Of a DNA stretch of 64,000 nt, positions 22,967 to 35,713 are shown piece by piece; the stretch's first letter is position 1; each line of letters starts with the position of its first letter. The notes under the pieces are model-generated. The model was not told the DNA's origin, ran no database searches, and worked only from the letters and a program-made list of their open reading frames with translations. Origin of the DNA: Squalus acanthias (taxonomy: Eukaryota); assembly GCA_030390025.1 (NCBI GenBank), contig CM059431.1, forward strand, positions 95,916,001 through 95,980,000, in the 5' to 3' direction. Both the position numbers and the translations under genes were made by a program.

Positions 22967-23846
22967 ATGGCAGGGCAGGTGATGTGCTGCGACTGCAGTA
23001 TGTGGGAGCTCCTGGACGCGAGTGTGATCCAGGATGAACGCGTCTGCAGTAAGTGTCTGTGGCTTGAGGAGCTTCGGCTCAGAGTTGATGAGCTGGAGGC
23101 CGAGCTGCAGACACTGCGATGCATCAGGGAGGGGGAAAGTTACCTGGACACTTTATACCAGGAGGCAGTCACACCCCTTAGGATAGGGTCTTCTGATTTG
23201 GTCAGTGGTCAGGGACAGGAGGATGTGACTGCGAGTGAGGCAGGTATGTGGACCCAGGAGGTGGAGGAGCCTCAGCCTTTGCAATTGTCCAACAGGTTTG
23301 AAGTTCTTGCGGCCTGTATGGATGAAAGCACTGGCTTAATAGGAATGTAGTGGTAATTAGGGACAGCATAGTCAGGGGGGTAGATACAGTTCTCTGCGGC
23401 CAAGAGCGAGAGTCCAGATGGCTGTGTTGCCTGCCAGGGTTCGGGACATCTGCTCTGGGCTGGAGAGGAACTTGCAGTGGGAGGGGGAGGAGCCAGTGGC
23501 CGTTGTCCATGTAGGTACCAACGACATAGGTAGAACTAGGAAAGAGGTTCTGCTGAGAGAGTATGAGCAGCTAGGGGCTAAATTAAAAAGCAGAACCTCA
23601 AGGGTAATAATGTCTGCATTATTACCTGAGCCATGAGCAAATTGGCATAGGGTAAATAAAATTAGAGAGATGAATGCGTGGCTCAAAGACTGGTGTGGGA
23701 GAAATGGGTTTCAATTCCTGGGGCACTGGCACCAGTACTGGGGAAAGTGGGATCTGTATCGGTGGGACGGTCTTCACCTGAACCATGCTGGGACCAGTGT
23801 TTTGGCGAGTCGTATAACTAGGGCAGTAGAGAGGGCTTTAAACTAA
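22967..23846 (+). pseudogene. CR1 ORF1 (zinc finger, leucine zipper, esterase), disrupted
   Basis: MAGQVMCCDCSMW..CSKCL..LRVDELEAELQTL; GDS block, HVGTND; ends GCT TTA AAC TAA. Confidence 0.9.
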
Positions 23847-26800
23847 ATATTGGGGGCATGGGATCAAATTTGGGAAGATGTGGTAATTCAAAGATTAGAG
23901 ACAAAGTAATAGAGAAAGGTATTAATATGGGAAATGATAAACAGACCATGACAGGAAGTGATAGAGAGTACAAATCTAAGAGTAAATCAACAGATAAGAC
24001 TCGAGGTTACAAAAATAATAAAAGGACAAAACTAAAGGCTCTGGATCTGAATGCACGTAGCATTCGAAACAAAACAGATGAACTGATAGCGCAAATAGAA
24101 ATAAATAAATATGATCTGATAGCCATTACAGAATCATGGCTGCAGGATGACATAGATTGGGACCTGAATATTGAAGGGTACATGTCATTTAGGAAGGACA
24201 GGAAGGTGGGAAAAGGTGGAGGGGTGGTTCTGTTAATTAATGATGGTATTAGCACAATAGAGAGGGATGACCTAAGTTCAGGAAACCAGGATGTAGAAGC
24301 GGTTTGGGTAGAGATGAGAAATAATAAAGGCAAGAAGTCACTTGTGGGAGTGGTGTACAGGCCCCCTAACAGTAACCACATGGTAGGATGGAGTATAAAG
24401 GAAGAAATAATGGGAGCTTGTCAGAAGGGTACGGCAATAATCATGGGGGATTTTAATCTGCATATAGACTGGAAAAATCAGATGGGCAAAGGTAGCATAG
24501 ATGAGGAGTTCATGGAATGTTTTCGGGATAATTTCTTACAACAGCACATTCTGGAGCCAACCAGAGAGCAGGCTATACTAGACCTGGTATTGTGCAACGA
24601 GATAGGATTAATTAATGACCTCATAGTGAAGGCGCCCCTAGGTAGCAGCGATCATAATGGCCCAAAAATTAGTGCCGCTACGCGAGAGTACGCACTGCGT
24701 ACTCTCGCGTATTCTGTCTCCAATTGCCGGTTTTCTGCATGCACTGCGCATGCGCTGAAAACCGGCACTTGGTGAATGGAAAAGGCGGCCGGGTCCTAGG
24801 TGAACCGCGTGCGCGCTACAGGCTGCGCGCACGCTGTGCACTTAGTGGTTTCAACGCGCAGGTAAGTACGGAAGATTCTACACATAAAAAAAGGAGGAGT
24901 AAGACCCACTTTTAACAAGGTAAGTAGTGAATTAAGTATTATTTTGAATTTTTTTTTAACAGGTATATCTTTTTTAGAGACTTTAAAGACAGGTAAGTTT
25001 ATTTTTATAACTTTTTAAAAGATTTTAAATTTTTTCAAAAATTTAATTTTTTATTTAAAATGGTTAATTTATTTAACTATACTTATTTTATTAATGTGAT
25101 GGTTTAAAAAAAAAATTTAATTGAGGTTTAGCGGTTCTTTTGGGGGGCTATAGTATTCATAACTTTCACAGCACTTATGTGAAAGTTATGAATGGAAGAT
25201 GGTGTGCTGCCATTGGCTCTAACTGAGTCACGTGATCCCACAGCTCACACGAATTAACTACGCCGGTGGGATACGCAAGCCCAGCACAGCAGCTGTCCAG
25301 AACATCAAGTTCGTGCGAGCTGGAACTGAAAAAGCCAACGCGGAGTGAGAGATCGCGGGGAGGCCTTACCCTCGCACGAAGGCTTCCTCACGAATTTTTG
25401 GGCCAATATGATTGAATTTTACATTCAGTTTGAGAGAGAGAAGAGTGGGTCCAAGACTAGTATTTTAAACTTAAATAAGGGCAATTATGAGGGCATGAAA
25501 GCAGAGCTAGCTAAAGTGAACTGGCAAATTAGGTTAAGGGATAGGTCAATAGAGTTGCAGTGGCAGACATTTAAGGGGATATTTCAAAATACACAGAATA
25601 TATACATTCCAACAAAAAATAAAAATTCCAAGGGGAGGAACCACCATCCGTGGTTAACTAAAAAAGTTACAGATAGTATTAAACTTAAAGAAAAACCATA
25701 CAATTGCGCAAAGATGGGTGGCAGGTCAGAAAATTGGACAGAATATAGAAAACAGCAAAGAATTACTAAAAGATTAATAAGGAGAGAAAAATTAGAGTAC
25801 GAGAGAAAGCTAGCTAGAAATATAAAAACAGATAGTAAGAGTTTCTATAGATATTTAAAAAGAAGAGTTAACAAAGTGAGCGTTGGTCCTATAAAAAGTG
25901 AGTCTGGGGAATTAATAATGGAAAATAAGGAGATGGCAGTTGAATTGAACAGATATTTTGCATATAGAGGATACAAGTAACATCCCAGAAATAGCTGTAA
26001 ATCAGGAAATGGAAGGGAGGGAGGAACTCAAGAAAATTATAATCACCAGGGAAATGGTACTAAGCAAATTGTTGGAGCTGTGGGCTGACAAGTCCCCGGG
26101 TCCTGATAAGTCCCCGGGTCCTGATGGACTTCATCCTAGGGTCTTAAAAGAAGTGGCTAGTGAGATAGTTGATGCGTTGGTTTTAGTTTTCCAAAATTCC
26201 CTACATTCGGGGAAGGTTCCATTAGATTAGAAAATAGCGAATGTAACTCCTTTATTCAAAAAGGGAGGGAGACAGAAAGCAGGAAACTACAGGCCAGTTA
26301 GCTTAACATCTGTCATAGGGAAGATGTTAGAAGCTATTATTAAAGACATTATAGCAGGGCACTTAGAAAAGTTCAAAGTAATCAGGCAGAGTCAACATGG
26401 TTTTGTGCAAGGGAAATCATGTTTAACCAATTTATTGGAGGTCTTTGAGGAAGTAACATGTGCTGTGGATAAAGGGGAACCGGTGGATGTACTGTACTTA
26501 GATTTCCAGAAGGCATTTGATAAGGTGCCACATCAAAGGTTATTGCGGAAAATAAAAGCTCATGGTGTAGGGGGTAACATATTTGAATGGATAGAAGATT
26601 GGCTAGCTAACAGGAAACAGAGAGTAGGCATAAATGGGTCATTTTCTGATTGGCAAGATGTAATGAGTGGTGTGCCACAGGGATCAGTGCTGGAGCCTCA
26701 ACTTTTTACAATTTATATAAATGACTTGGATGAAGGGACCAAAGGTATGGTTGCTAAATTTGCTGATGACACAAAGATAGGTAGGAAAGTAAATTGTGAA

Positions 26801-27579
26801 GAGGACATAAGGAGGCTACAAAGGGATATAGATAGGTTAAGTAGTGGGTAAAGATCTGGCAAATGGAGTATAATGTGGGAAAATGTGAAGTTGTCCATTT
26901 TGGCAGGAAGAATAAAAAAGAAGCATATTATCTAAATGGTGAGAGATTGCAGAGCTCTGAGATGCAGAGGGATCTGGGTATCCCAGTGCATGAATCGCAA
27001 AAGGTTACTATAAAGGTACAGCAAGTAATTAGGAAAGCTAATAGAATGTTATCGTTTATTGCGAGGGGAATTGAATACAAAAGTAGGGAGGTTATGCTTC
27101 AGTTATACAGGGCACTGGTGGGACCACATCTGGAGTACTGTGTACAGTATTGGTCTCCTTATTTAAGGAAGGATGTAAATGCGTTGGAAGCAGTTCAGAG
27201 AAGGTTTACTAGACTAATACCTGGAATGGGCGGGTTGTCTTATGGGGAAAGGTTGGACAGGCTAGGCTTGTAACCGCTGGAGTTTAGAAGAGTAAGAGGT
27301 GACTTGATTGAAACATGTAAGATCCTGAGGGGTCTGGACAGGGTGGATCTGAAGAGGATGTTTCCTCTTGTGGGAGAATCTAGAACTAGGGGTCACTGTT
27401 TAAAAATAAGGGGTCGCCCATTTAAGACAGAGATGAGGAGAAATTTTTTCTCACAGAGGGTCGTCAGTCTTTGGAACTCTCTTCCTCAGAGGACGGTGGA
27501 AGCAGAGTCTTTGAATATTTTTAAGGCAGAGGTAGATAGATTCTTGGTAAGCAAGGGGGTGAAAAATTATCGGGGGTAG
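23837..27579 (+). pseudogene. CR1 ORF2 (APE-RT), disrupted by a MITE, stops and frameshifts
   Basis: ORF pieces 23858-24658, 25405-25980, 25958-26230, 26324-26851, 26863-27273 and 27304-27579 are collinear with the ORF2 at 14428; 18-bp duplication encodes DKSPGP twice. Confidence 0.93.
24659..25404 (+). mobile_element. Harbinger-type MITE, copy 1
   Basis: TIRs GGCCCAAAAATT...AATTTTTGGGCC; AAT duplicated, and removal restores CR1 S-D-H-N-M-I. Confidence 0.92.
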
Positions 27580-27699
27580 GCGGGAATGTGGAGTAATCGG
27601 ATCAGCCATGATCTTATTGAATGGCGGAGCTGGCTCGAAGGGCTGAGTGGCCTACTCCTGCTCCTAATTCATATGTTCGTATGTATGTTCGTATGTTCG

Positions 27700-28250
27700 T
27701 ATCTGCTGCTGTCCTGAGAGACAGCAATATCATGCTGCTGCGATTCCTGGGTGGCTTGGGCATCTTGATCATCTTCGCCATCATCATCTTCCTCCTGACT
27801 GTTGCTGTTGTGGATCTGCATGGAAGGAGACTATAAGTTAAGAATTGGTGATCATCCCTAGGATTAGGGAGACAGTGAAGTCAGGCGGTGGTGGGGGGGC
27901 TGCGGAGGGGAGAGGGGAGATTCCGTCTGTGTGGTGCTTCACGTGGATGCCAGGGTGACAGTGCTTGAGCTCAGTCAGTCACCTGGTGCTAGGAAGATCC
28001 TGTCAACCTCACCATCTCCCATGGCAAGAGCTGAGTGCCTCCCCACGAGCTCCATGGCCTTCATCTTAAAGCGGGTAAGGTGCTTAAGGTTGGGGAACCC
28101 CCTGTGTTGCCCTGCCTTTGGTGGGCAATGTGTACCAATTTCTCCTGTAACAATATAGAGTAAATATAGAGCAGCAGCCTGCCAAGAGGCATGAGAGAGG
28201 TGAAGTAAGAGATGTGGGGAATGTGGCTGTTAAAGTGGAGGAAGGGTCAA
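27700..28250 (-). mobile_element. Probable Harbinger Myb-gene remnant, 3' part
   Basis: Antisense acidic tract and CTGTCTCTCAGGACAGC segment resembling 47056-47080. Confidence 0.4.
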
Positions 28251-28252
28251 AG

Positions 28253-29283
28253 AGTCATAGTCATAGAGTCATAAAGGTACAGGAGGCCATTCGGCCCATC
28301 GAGTCCGTGCCGGCTCTCTGTAGAGCAATCCAGTCAGTCTCATTCCCCCGCTCTATCCCCGTAGCCCTGCAAGTTTATTTCCTTCAAGTGCCTATCCAGT
28401 CTCCCTTGAGTGTCTCCGCTTCCACCACTTCCGTTGGCAGTGAATTCCAGGTCCTCACCACTCACTGTGCAAAAAGTTTTCCCTCACATCCCCCCTGGAA
28501 CTCTTGCCCAAAACCTTAAATCTGTGTCCCCTAGTCCTTGTACCATCAACTAGTGCGAACAGTCTTTCCCCGTCTAGCCTATCCAAACCCATCATAATCT
28601 TGTACACCTCTATCAAATCACCCCTCAACCTCCTTTGCTCTAATGAAAACAAATCCAGCTTTTCCAAACTGTCCTTGTAGCTAAGATCCCCCATCCCCGG
28701 AAACATTCTGGTAAATCTTCTCTGCACCCTCTCAAGGGCCTTCACATGCTTCCTAAAGTGTGGTGACCAGAACTGGAAGCAATACTCCAGCTGTGGCCTA
28801 ACCAGCGCTTTATAAAGGTTCAGCATAACTTCTCTACTTTTGTACTCAATACCTCTATTTATGAAGCCCAAAATCACATATGCTTTACTAACCACTCTCT
28901 CAATATGTCCCGCCACCTTTAGGGACCTATGCACATTAACTCCCAGGTCCCTCTGTCCCTGCACACTCTTTAAAACTGTGCCATTAAGTGTATATTGCTT
29001 CTCCCTGTTCCTTCTGCCAAAATGCATCACCTCACACTTCTCTGTATTAAATTCCATCTGCCACTTGTCTGCCCATTCTGCTAGCCTTTCTATGTCCTGT
29101 TACAGTCGATTGGTATCATCCTCACTGTTTGCCACACCCCCAAGTTTGGCGTCATTGGCAAATTTAGAAATTCTACTCTGTATTCCAATCTCCAGGTCAC
29201 TTATATATATCAAAAAAAGCAGTGGCCCCAGCACTGACCCTTGGGGAACACCACTGTCTACCATCCTCCAGTCTGAAAAACAG
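28253..29283 (-). mobile_element. CR1 family A, 5'-truncated
   Basis: ORF 28455-29057(-) is the RT C-terminus; tail GAGTCATAG on the plus strand. Confidence 0.93.
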
Positions 29284-29700
29284 GGGTTTTATGGTTGTGT
29301 AATTTGTTTGAGGGGAGCTGTGTGGCCATAGAGCAAGATGCTGAGCTAAAGGCCCCCCTTAACCAAAGTACACTGTGAAGAATTAGTTGAGCAAGCCTTC
29401 CTTTAAGAGGGTGAAGCGTGTGCTGGAGTCCAGAGTAGGCAAGGTGTGTTGCCTTGCTTGCCCAGAAGAGGATGTGGAACATTTTGCAGCACTGTTCTAC
29501 AATCCTGGGGATAAGGGAGTTGGCTGTCAGTGCCAATGCCACCGCCATTCAGGTGGCACGAGTAATAATTCTGAGTGATTTGGTGGCACGCACACCCTGT
29601 TCATCCTGCCTTCAATGCCCTCCAGGCAGGCTTGGAGGTCTGAAAGAGTGAAATTGTGCATTCTTCTTCTCTGGCTTGGTGCCATGTCCTGCTGCCCTAT
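29284..29700 (-). mobile_element. Probable Harbinger Myb-gene remnant, 5' part
   Basis: MAPSQRRRMHNFTLSDLQACLEGIEGR resembles the N-terminus of Harbinger Myb/SANT-like proteins. Confidence 0.45.
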
Positions 29701-29857
29701 GGGTCTACATGGTGCTTGCATGTTCATTATGCCATACAAGTGTATGAAAAATATTGCTAAGACATACAATGAAGTTATTAGAGAGTGAAGTGAAAGAGCC
29801 AGGCACTGTTCCTCTCTTATTGGCCTGTACACCAGATGCAGGCTGAACTGTCTTGTT

Positions 29858-30660
29858 GACAACAACACCAACTTTTATTTATATAGCGCCTTTAACGTAG
29901 TAAAACGTCCCAAGGTACTTCACAGGAGTATTATAAGACAAAAAATTTGACACCAAGCCACATAAGGAGAAATTAGGGCAGGTGACCAAAAGCTTGTTCA
30001 AAGAGGTTGGTTTTAAGGAGCATCTTAAAGGAGGAAAGAGAGGTAGAGAGGTGGAGAGGTTTAGACAGGGAATTCCAGAGCTTAGGGTCTAGGCAACAGA
30101 AGGCACGGCCACCAATGGTTGAGTGATTATAATCAGGGATGCTCAAGAGGACAGAATTAGAGGAGCGCAGATATCTCGGGGGGTTGTGGGGCTGAAGGAG
30201 ATTACAGAGATAGGGAGGGATGAGGCCATGGAGGGATTTGAAAACAAGGATGAGAATTTTGAAATTGAGGCATTGCTTAACCGGGAGCCAATGTAGGTCA
30301 GTGAGCACAGGGGTGATGGGTGAACGGGACTTGGTGCGAGTTAGGACACGGGGCAGCCGAGTTTTGGATCACCTCAAGTTTATGTAGGGTAGAATGTGGG
30401 AGGCTAGCCAGGAGTGCGTTGGAATAGTCAAGTCTAAAGGTAACAAAGGCATGGGTGAGGGTTTCAGCAGCGGATGAGCTGAGGCAAAGGCGGAGACGGG
30501 TGATGTTACGGAGGTGGAAAAAGGTGGTCTTAGTTATGCTGCGGATATGTGGTTGGAAACTAATTTCAGGTCAAATATGACACCAAGGTTGTGAACAGTG
30601 TGGTTCAGCCTCAGACAGATGTTAGGGAGAGGGATGGAATCAGTGGCTAGGGGATGGAGT
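29858..30660 (-). mobile_element. L2-clade LINE 3' fragment
   Basis: LHWLPVKQ..FKILILVFKSLHG..PPYL..GGRAF..PKLWNSL; tail GGCGCTATATAAAT shared with the DeuSINEs. Confidence 0.9.
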
Positions 30661-30974
30661 TTTATAGGCTGCACACAAGTTTGCTGGTTGTTCAGCTGCC
30701 GACACCAATGCCTGCACGAAAGGGTATGCAAATAAGCAGAAATTCATGTGTACAGATGCCAGCAGCGGGTGTAACAATAGAGAATAATGCGAAGTAGTGG
30801 AAGAATTTGCAGGCTGATTCACAGTCTGACAGGCTGCAACATGAACACTCACTCCATCTTTATACCAGCCAATAACGTGGTTACTCCTCTATGGCGGGAG
30901 GGTTTTATGGGCTCCCAAGACCCAAGCAATAAAGATGGGCCACCCACACCCACGGGACACAAGTATCTCCGCTA

Positions 30975-32180
30975 GAATATATATCATCGTTCCTTCATCG
31001 TCACTGGGTCAAAACTGGAACTCTCTAACTAACAGCATTGTGGGAGTCCCTTCACCACATTCATAGAGTCATAACGGCACAGAAGGAGGCCATTCGGCCC
31101 ATCGAGTCCGTGCCGGCTCTCTGTAGAGCAATCCAGTCAGTCCCATTCCCCCGCTCTATCCCCATAGCCCTGCAAGTTTATTTCCCTCAAGTGCCTATCC
31201 AGTCTCCCTTGAAAACATTGAGTGTCTCCGCTTCCACCACTTCCGTCGGGAGCGAATTCCAGGTCCTCACCACTTGCTGTGTAAAAAAGTTTTTCCTCAC
31301 ATCCCTCCTGTATCTCTTGCCCAGAACCTTAAATCTGTGTCTCCTAGTCCTTGTACCATCAACTAGTGGGAACAGCCTTTCCCCGTCTAGCCTATCCAAA
31401 CCCATCATAATCTTGTACACCTCTATCAAATCACCCCTCAACCTCCTTTGATCTAATGAAAACAAATCCAGCTTCTCCAACCTGTCCTTGTAGCTAAGAT
31501 CCCCCATCCCCAGAACCATTCTGGTAAATCTCCTCTGCACCTTCTCAAGGCCTTCACATCTTTCCTAAAGTGAGGTGACCAGAACTGGAAGCAATACTCC
31601 AGTTGTGGCCTAACCAGCGCTTTATAAAGGTTCAGCATAACTTCTCTACTTTTGTACTCAATACATCTATTTATGAAGCCCAAGATCCCATATGCTTTGC
31701 TAACCACTCTCTCAATATATCCTGCCACCTTGAGGGACCTATGCACATTAACTCCCAGGTCCATCTGTCCCTGCACACTCTTTAAAACGGTGCCATTAAG
31801 TGTATATTGATCTTCCCTGTTCCTTCTGCCAAAATGCATCACACTTCTCTGTATTAAATTCCATCTGCCACTTGTCTGCCCATTCTGCTAACCTTTCTAT
31901 GTCCTGTTGCAGTCGATTGGTATCATCATCACTGTTTGCCACACCCCCAAGTTTGGTGTCATCGGCAAATTTAGAAATTCTACTCTGTATTCCAATATCC
32001 AGGTCATTTATATATATCAAAAAAAGCAGTGGCCCCAGCACGGACCCTTGGGGAACACCACTGTCTACCATCCTCCAAACTGCAGCAGTTCAAGCAGAAG
32101 GATCACCAGAACATTCTGAAGGGCAACTAAGCAATAAAAGCAGACCTTGCCAGTGAAGTCTACATCCCGAGAATAAATAT
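30975..32180 (+). mobile_element. 3' end of a second LINE lineage (as at 32950), split by the CR1 at 31061-32078
   Basis: 30975-31060 and 32079-32180 align by eye to 33305-33500. Confidence 0.75.
31061..32078 (-). mobile_element. CR1 family A, 5'-truncated
   Basis: ORFs 31796-32071, 31453-31842 and 31187-31540 (-) carry RT motifs; very similar to 28253-29283. Confidence 0.93.
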
Positions 32181-32241
32181 ATTAAAAAATATTTGGACCA
32201 CATGGACACAGGTCTCACGGAAGTACGCTGGAGGATACATT

Positions 32242-32790
32242 GGGGCAGAAATTCGGGTCTCCACGGGTGAGTACGCGCTGGGTACTCACCCGTAGACGCA
32301 ACGAAAGTGCCAGTTTCGCGCATGCACTGCGCATGCGCTGGAAACCGGAACTTCCGTTCCCCTGAAGGAAGGGGTTCAGAGGTCGAACGCGTGTGCCGGA
32401 GAGGCAGCGCGCACGCAGAGAACTTCGTTTTTTTTTTCAGTTTTCTCCGTGAGGGTAAGTACGGAGAAGCTGCATGGGGAAAAAGGAGGCGCAAGGCCTG
32501 CTTTTAACAAGGCAAGTGGTGAATTAAGTACAATTTAAAAAAAATTTCAACAGGTTTATCTTTTGCACATACTTTAAAGAAAGGTAAGTTTATTTTTAGC
32601 ACCGTTAAAAAGTGTAATTAATTTTTTCAAAAATTTTAATTTTTGTTTAAAGTAGTTAATTTATGTAATTTATAGTTATTTTAAAAATGTGATGTTTTTT
32701 TAAAATTTATTTGAAGTTTTAGTGAGGTTTTGGGGCCGATCTCTATTCATAGATTTGAAAGGTCTTCCTGTTAATGTCAATGTTAATGCA
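32242..32790 (+). mobile_element. Harbinger-type MITE, 3'-truncated copy (subfamily of 55018)
   Basis: ATT|GGGGCAGAAATTCGGG; collinear with 55018-55535. Confidence 0.88.
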
Positions 32791-32949
32791 GCCGCATGAT
32801 GTTTGCCCATGTACTCACACCTAATTTTGCCTGCACAATGGCCCTGACTTATTCCTGTATATCTTAATAATGCAAACTTCTACATCCAATTCTAATGGCA
32901 GACTCATATGGGAGGAGGGCCCATTCATTCTTTTGAAGCAACAACTCTC

Positions 32950-33510
32950 AGACTATTTATCTCACCTCCTGACTCCCCAAAGCCTTTCCACCATCGACAA
33001 GGCCCAAATCAGGAGTGTGATGGAACGCTCTCCATTTGCCTGGATGAGTGCAGCTCCAACAACACTCAGGAAGCTCGACACCATCCAGGACAAAGCAGCC
33101 CGCTTGATTGGCACCCCATCCACCACCTTAAATATTCACTCCCTCCACCGTGGCTGCAGTGTGTACCATCTACAAGATTCACTGCAGCAACTCGCCAAGG
33201 CTTCTTCGGCAGCACCTCCCAAACCCACTACCTCTACCACCTAGAAGGACAAGGGCACCACCTCCAGGTTCCTCTCGAAGTCTCACACCATCCTGACTTG
33301 AAAATATATCACCGATCCTTCATCGTCGCTGGGTCAAAATCCTGGAACTCCCTCCCTAACAGCACTGTGGGAGCACCTTCACCACACGGACTGCAGCGGT
33401 TCAAGAAGGCAGCTCACCACCACCTTCTCAAGGGCAACTAGGGATGGGCAATAAATCCTGGCCTTGCCAGCGACGCCCCCATCCCATGAACGAATAGAAA
33501 AAAAAAAACA
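32950..33510 (+). mobile_element. LINE 3' fragment (CR1/L2 group, distinct lineage)
   Basis: KAQIRSVME.SP.AWMSAAPTTLRKLDTIQDKAARLIG..KSWNSLP; poly-A end. Confidence 0.8.
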
Positions 33511-33854
33511 AATGGGTGGGGAATAGGGAAACTGGACCCCTCCCAAGCTGAAGGTTAGTACTATCTCTCTCCTCACTCAGCCACTCACTGCCACTACTGC
33601 ACGTACTCGAGTGGAAGAAGCTGTGACACAGCCCACCTGTTATAGAACATTTCCAATTTTTATTCCATTGCAATAACCATCAAATGTTGGGGCAATCCAC
33701 TCCACCAGATTACGCGTTAGGTGTGGAAAACAAAAATCTACCCCACTTTAAATCACGAGCAAATATTTTCAAAATCCTTTCTGATTGTCATTGGATGATT
33801 TAGGCAGTTGCCGAATGTCCCCAAAATGCAGTGGAGATGTGAGAAGAAAAAAGG

Positions 33855-33952
33855 AACTTGGATTTATATACAACAGCAACTTATATATACAACTTGCATT
33901 TATATAGCGCCTTTCACATCCTCAGGACGTCCCAAAGTGCTTCACAGCCAAT
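33855..33952 (-). mobile_element. L2/DeuSINE 3' tail fragment
   Basis: ACTTGCATTTATATAGCGCCTTTCAC..GACGTCCCAAAGTGCTTCACAGCCAAT. Confidence 0.75.
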
Positions 33953-34254
33953 TCTTCACATCTTCAATTTGAAACTGCACTGATTTTTGTTGAGTGGGAA
34001 TGATCAATCTGTAAATATAAATTGATTTAATAAGTCATATTTTGCATGCAATTATAATAAGTGTTTGTATGTGAAAGGCGAAGCATAGTTTACTGAATTA
34101 CGTCCTAATCCAGAGTGTTATTGAGGGAGATGTCGGTACGTTTAGAAATCTGCTTTGTCACAGACCTGGGGGAATTTCATTGTGAAACAGGCATATCTCC
34201 TTTTGCAACCGTGTTTTCAGATTTATTTACAAACCACTAAATCTCACACTTGTA

Positions 34255-34985
34255 CACAAATGGTGCTTTTGAAGGTGGCAGGACTAGTTGATTAGGCTGT
34301 CAAAAAAACATATGAGATCCTTGGCTTTATAAATAGAGGCATAGCGTACAAAAGCAGGGAAGTTATGGTAAACCTTCATCAATCACTGGTTAGGCCTCAG
34401 CTAGCGTAGTGTGCCCAATTCTGGGCAGCACCCCTGCTCTTTCCCCAGAGCCCAGCAAATTTCTCCTTTCCAAGTATATATCCAATTCCCTTTTGAAAGT
34501 TACAATGAATCCACTTCCACCACCCTTTCAGGTAGTGCATTCCAGATCGTAACAACCCGCTGTGTAAAAAAAATTCTCATTTCCCCCCTGGAGCAGAGAT
34601 TACGGGTAGATTTAATAGAGGTGTTCAAAATTATGAGTTTTTTTTTAAATAGAGTAGATGAGGAGAAACTGTTTCCACTGATAGGAGGGACAGTAACCAA
34701 AGGACACAGATTTAAGATAACTGCCAAAAAATCTAGGGGGGACATGAGGAGAATTTTTTTTAATGCAGCAAATTGTTAGAATCTGGAATGCATTACCTGA
34801 AAGGGTGGTGGAAGTGGCTTAAATAGTAACTTTCAAAAGGGAATTAAATGTATAATTAAAAAGGAAAAATTTGCAGGGCTATGGGGAAACAGCAGGGGTT
34901 TGGGACTAATTGGATAGTTCTTTCACAGAAGCAGCAGAAGCACAATGGGTCAAATGGTCTCCTTCTGTGCTATATGATTCTATGA
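34255..34985 (+). mobile_element. CR1 3' fragment with an internal inverted segment (~34430-34588)
   Basis: Sense RT C-terminal sequence interrupted by an antisense copy of a CR1 3' end. Confidence 0.8.
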
Positions 34986-35713
34986 CTGTTTGCCAATGGA
35001 AAAAACGATGAGAAGCCTTTGTGGGTTTCTAAAAAAAAGATATAGGTGCTCTTGGATGGCCTGAGTAAAGCATATAGAGGAAATTAGTCAGGGAGGTTCG
35101 CTCCTTGGGCACAACCTGTAAGTTAGACCCGAAAATGCGCCCAATGTCATGTACATTTTACTGATGTCAAGTTACACCCAAGTATCCTTCCAATCTCATT
35201 AGAATACACCTAAGGAAAGCTCTCGTTGTATATTTCTTCTTCAAGTATGAAAATTTAAGTTTCAAATCGTTTAACCATCATTTATGCACATCAGGGACAG
35301 CACGGAGAAGCTATTCAATTTTAACGTGACTTATACTCATGGCATAAAAATGCATTAAAAGAAACAGAAAATACAAAGCAGATCTCAGTGAGGTTTTTTT
35401 TTTAAACTCTCAAAAAATTGCAATAAAACACCAGCTTACTTTTTTTCTGCTGGTCACAATGTGAAGAGACCACCTAAGAACTGTAATTGGAGGATACTCA
35501 CATTTGAGAGTTGGGACATGGGCAGTTATGTGGGCGGAGAGTGATTCAGTTGGAGGGATTGACAGCTGGAGGAGACTTGGGTGTATTGTTATGCCCAAAT
35601 GTCTGTGATCTAAGCCACGTAATTGGTTTGCAGCCAGATTACTCACATCTCTGGGCACAAATGTGGAGGAAACTCCAGGCCATGGAATGCTGAACTTAGG
35701 CACACAACACAAT

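Larger units (their letters stand above)
21956..27700 (+). mobile_element. CR1 family C, full length, decayed, interrupted by a MITE
   Basis: 5'UTR, ORF1, ORF2 with stops and frameshifts, 3'UTR and (TATGTTCG)n tail. Confidence 0.93.
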
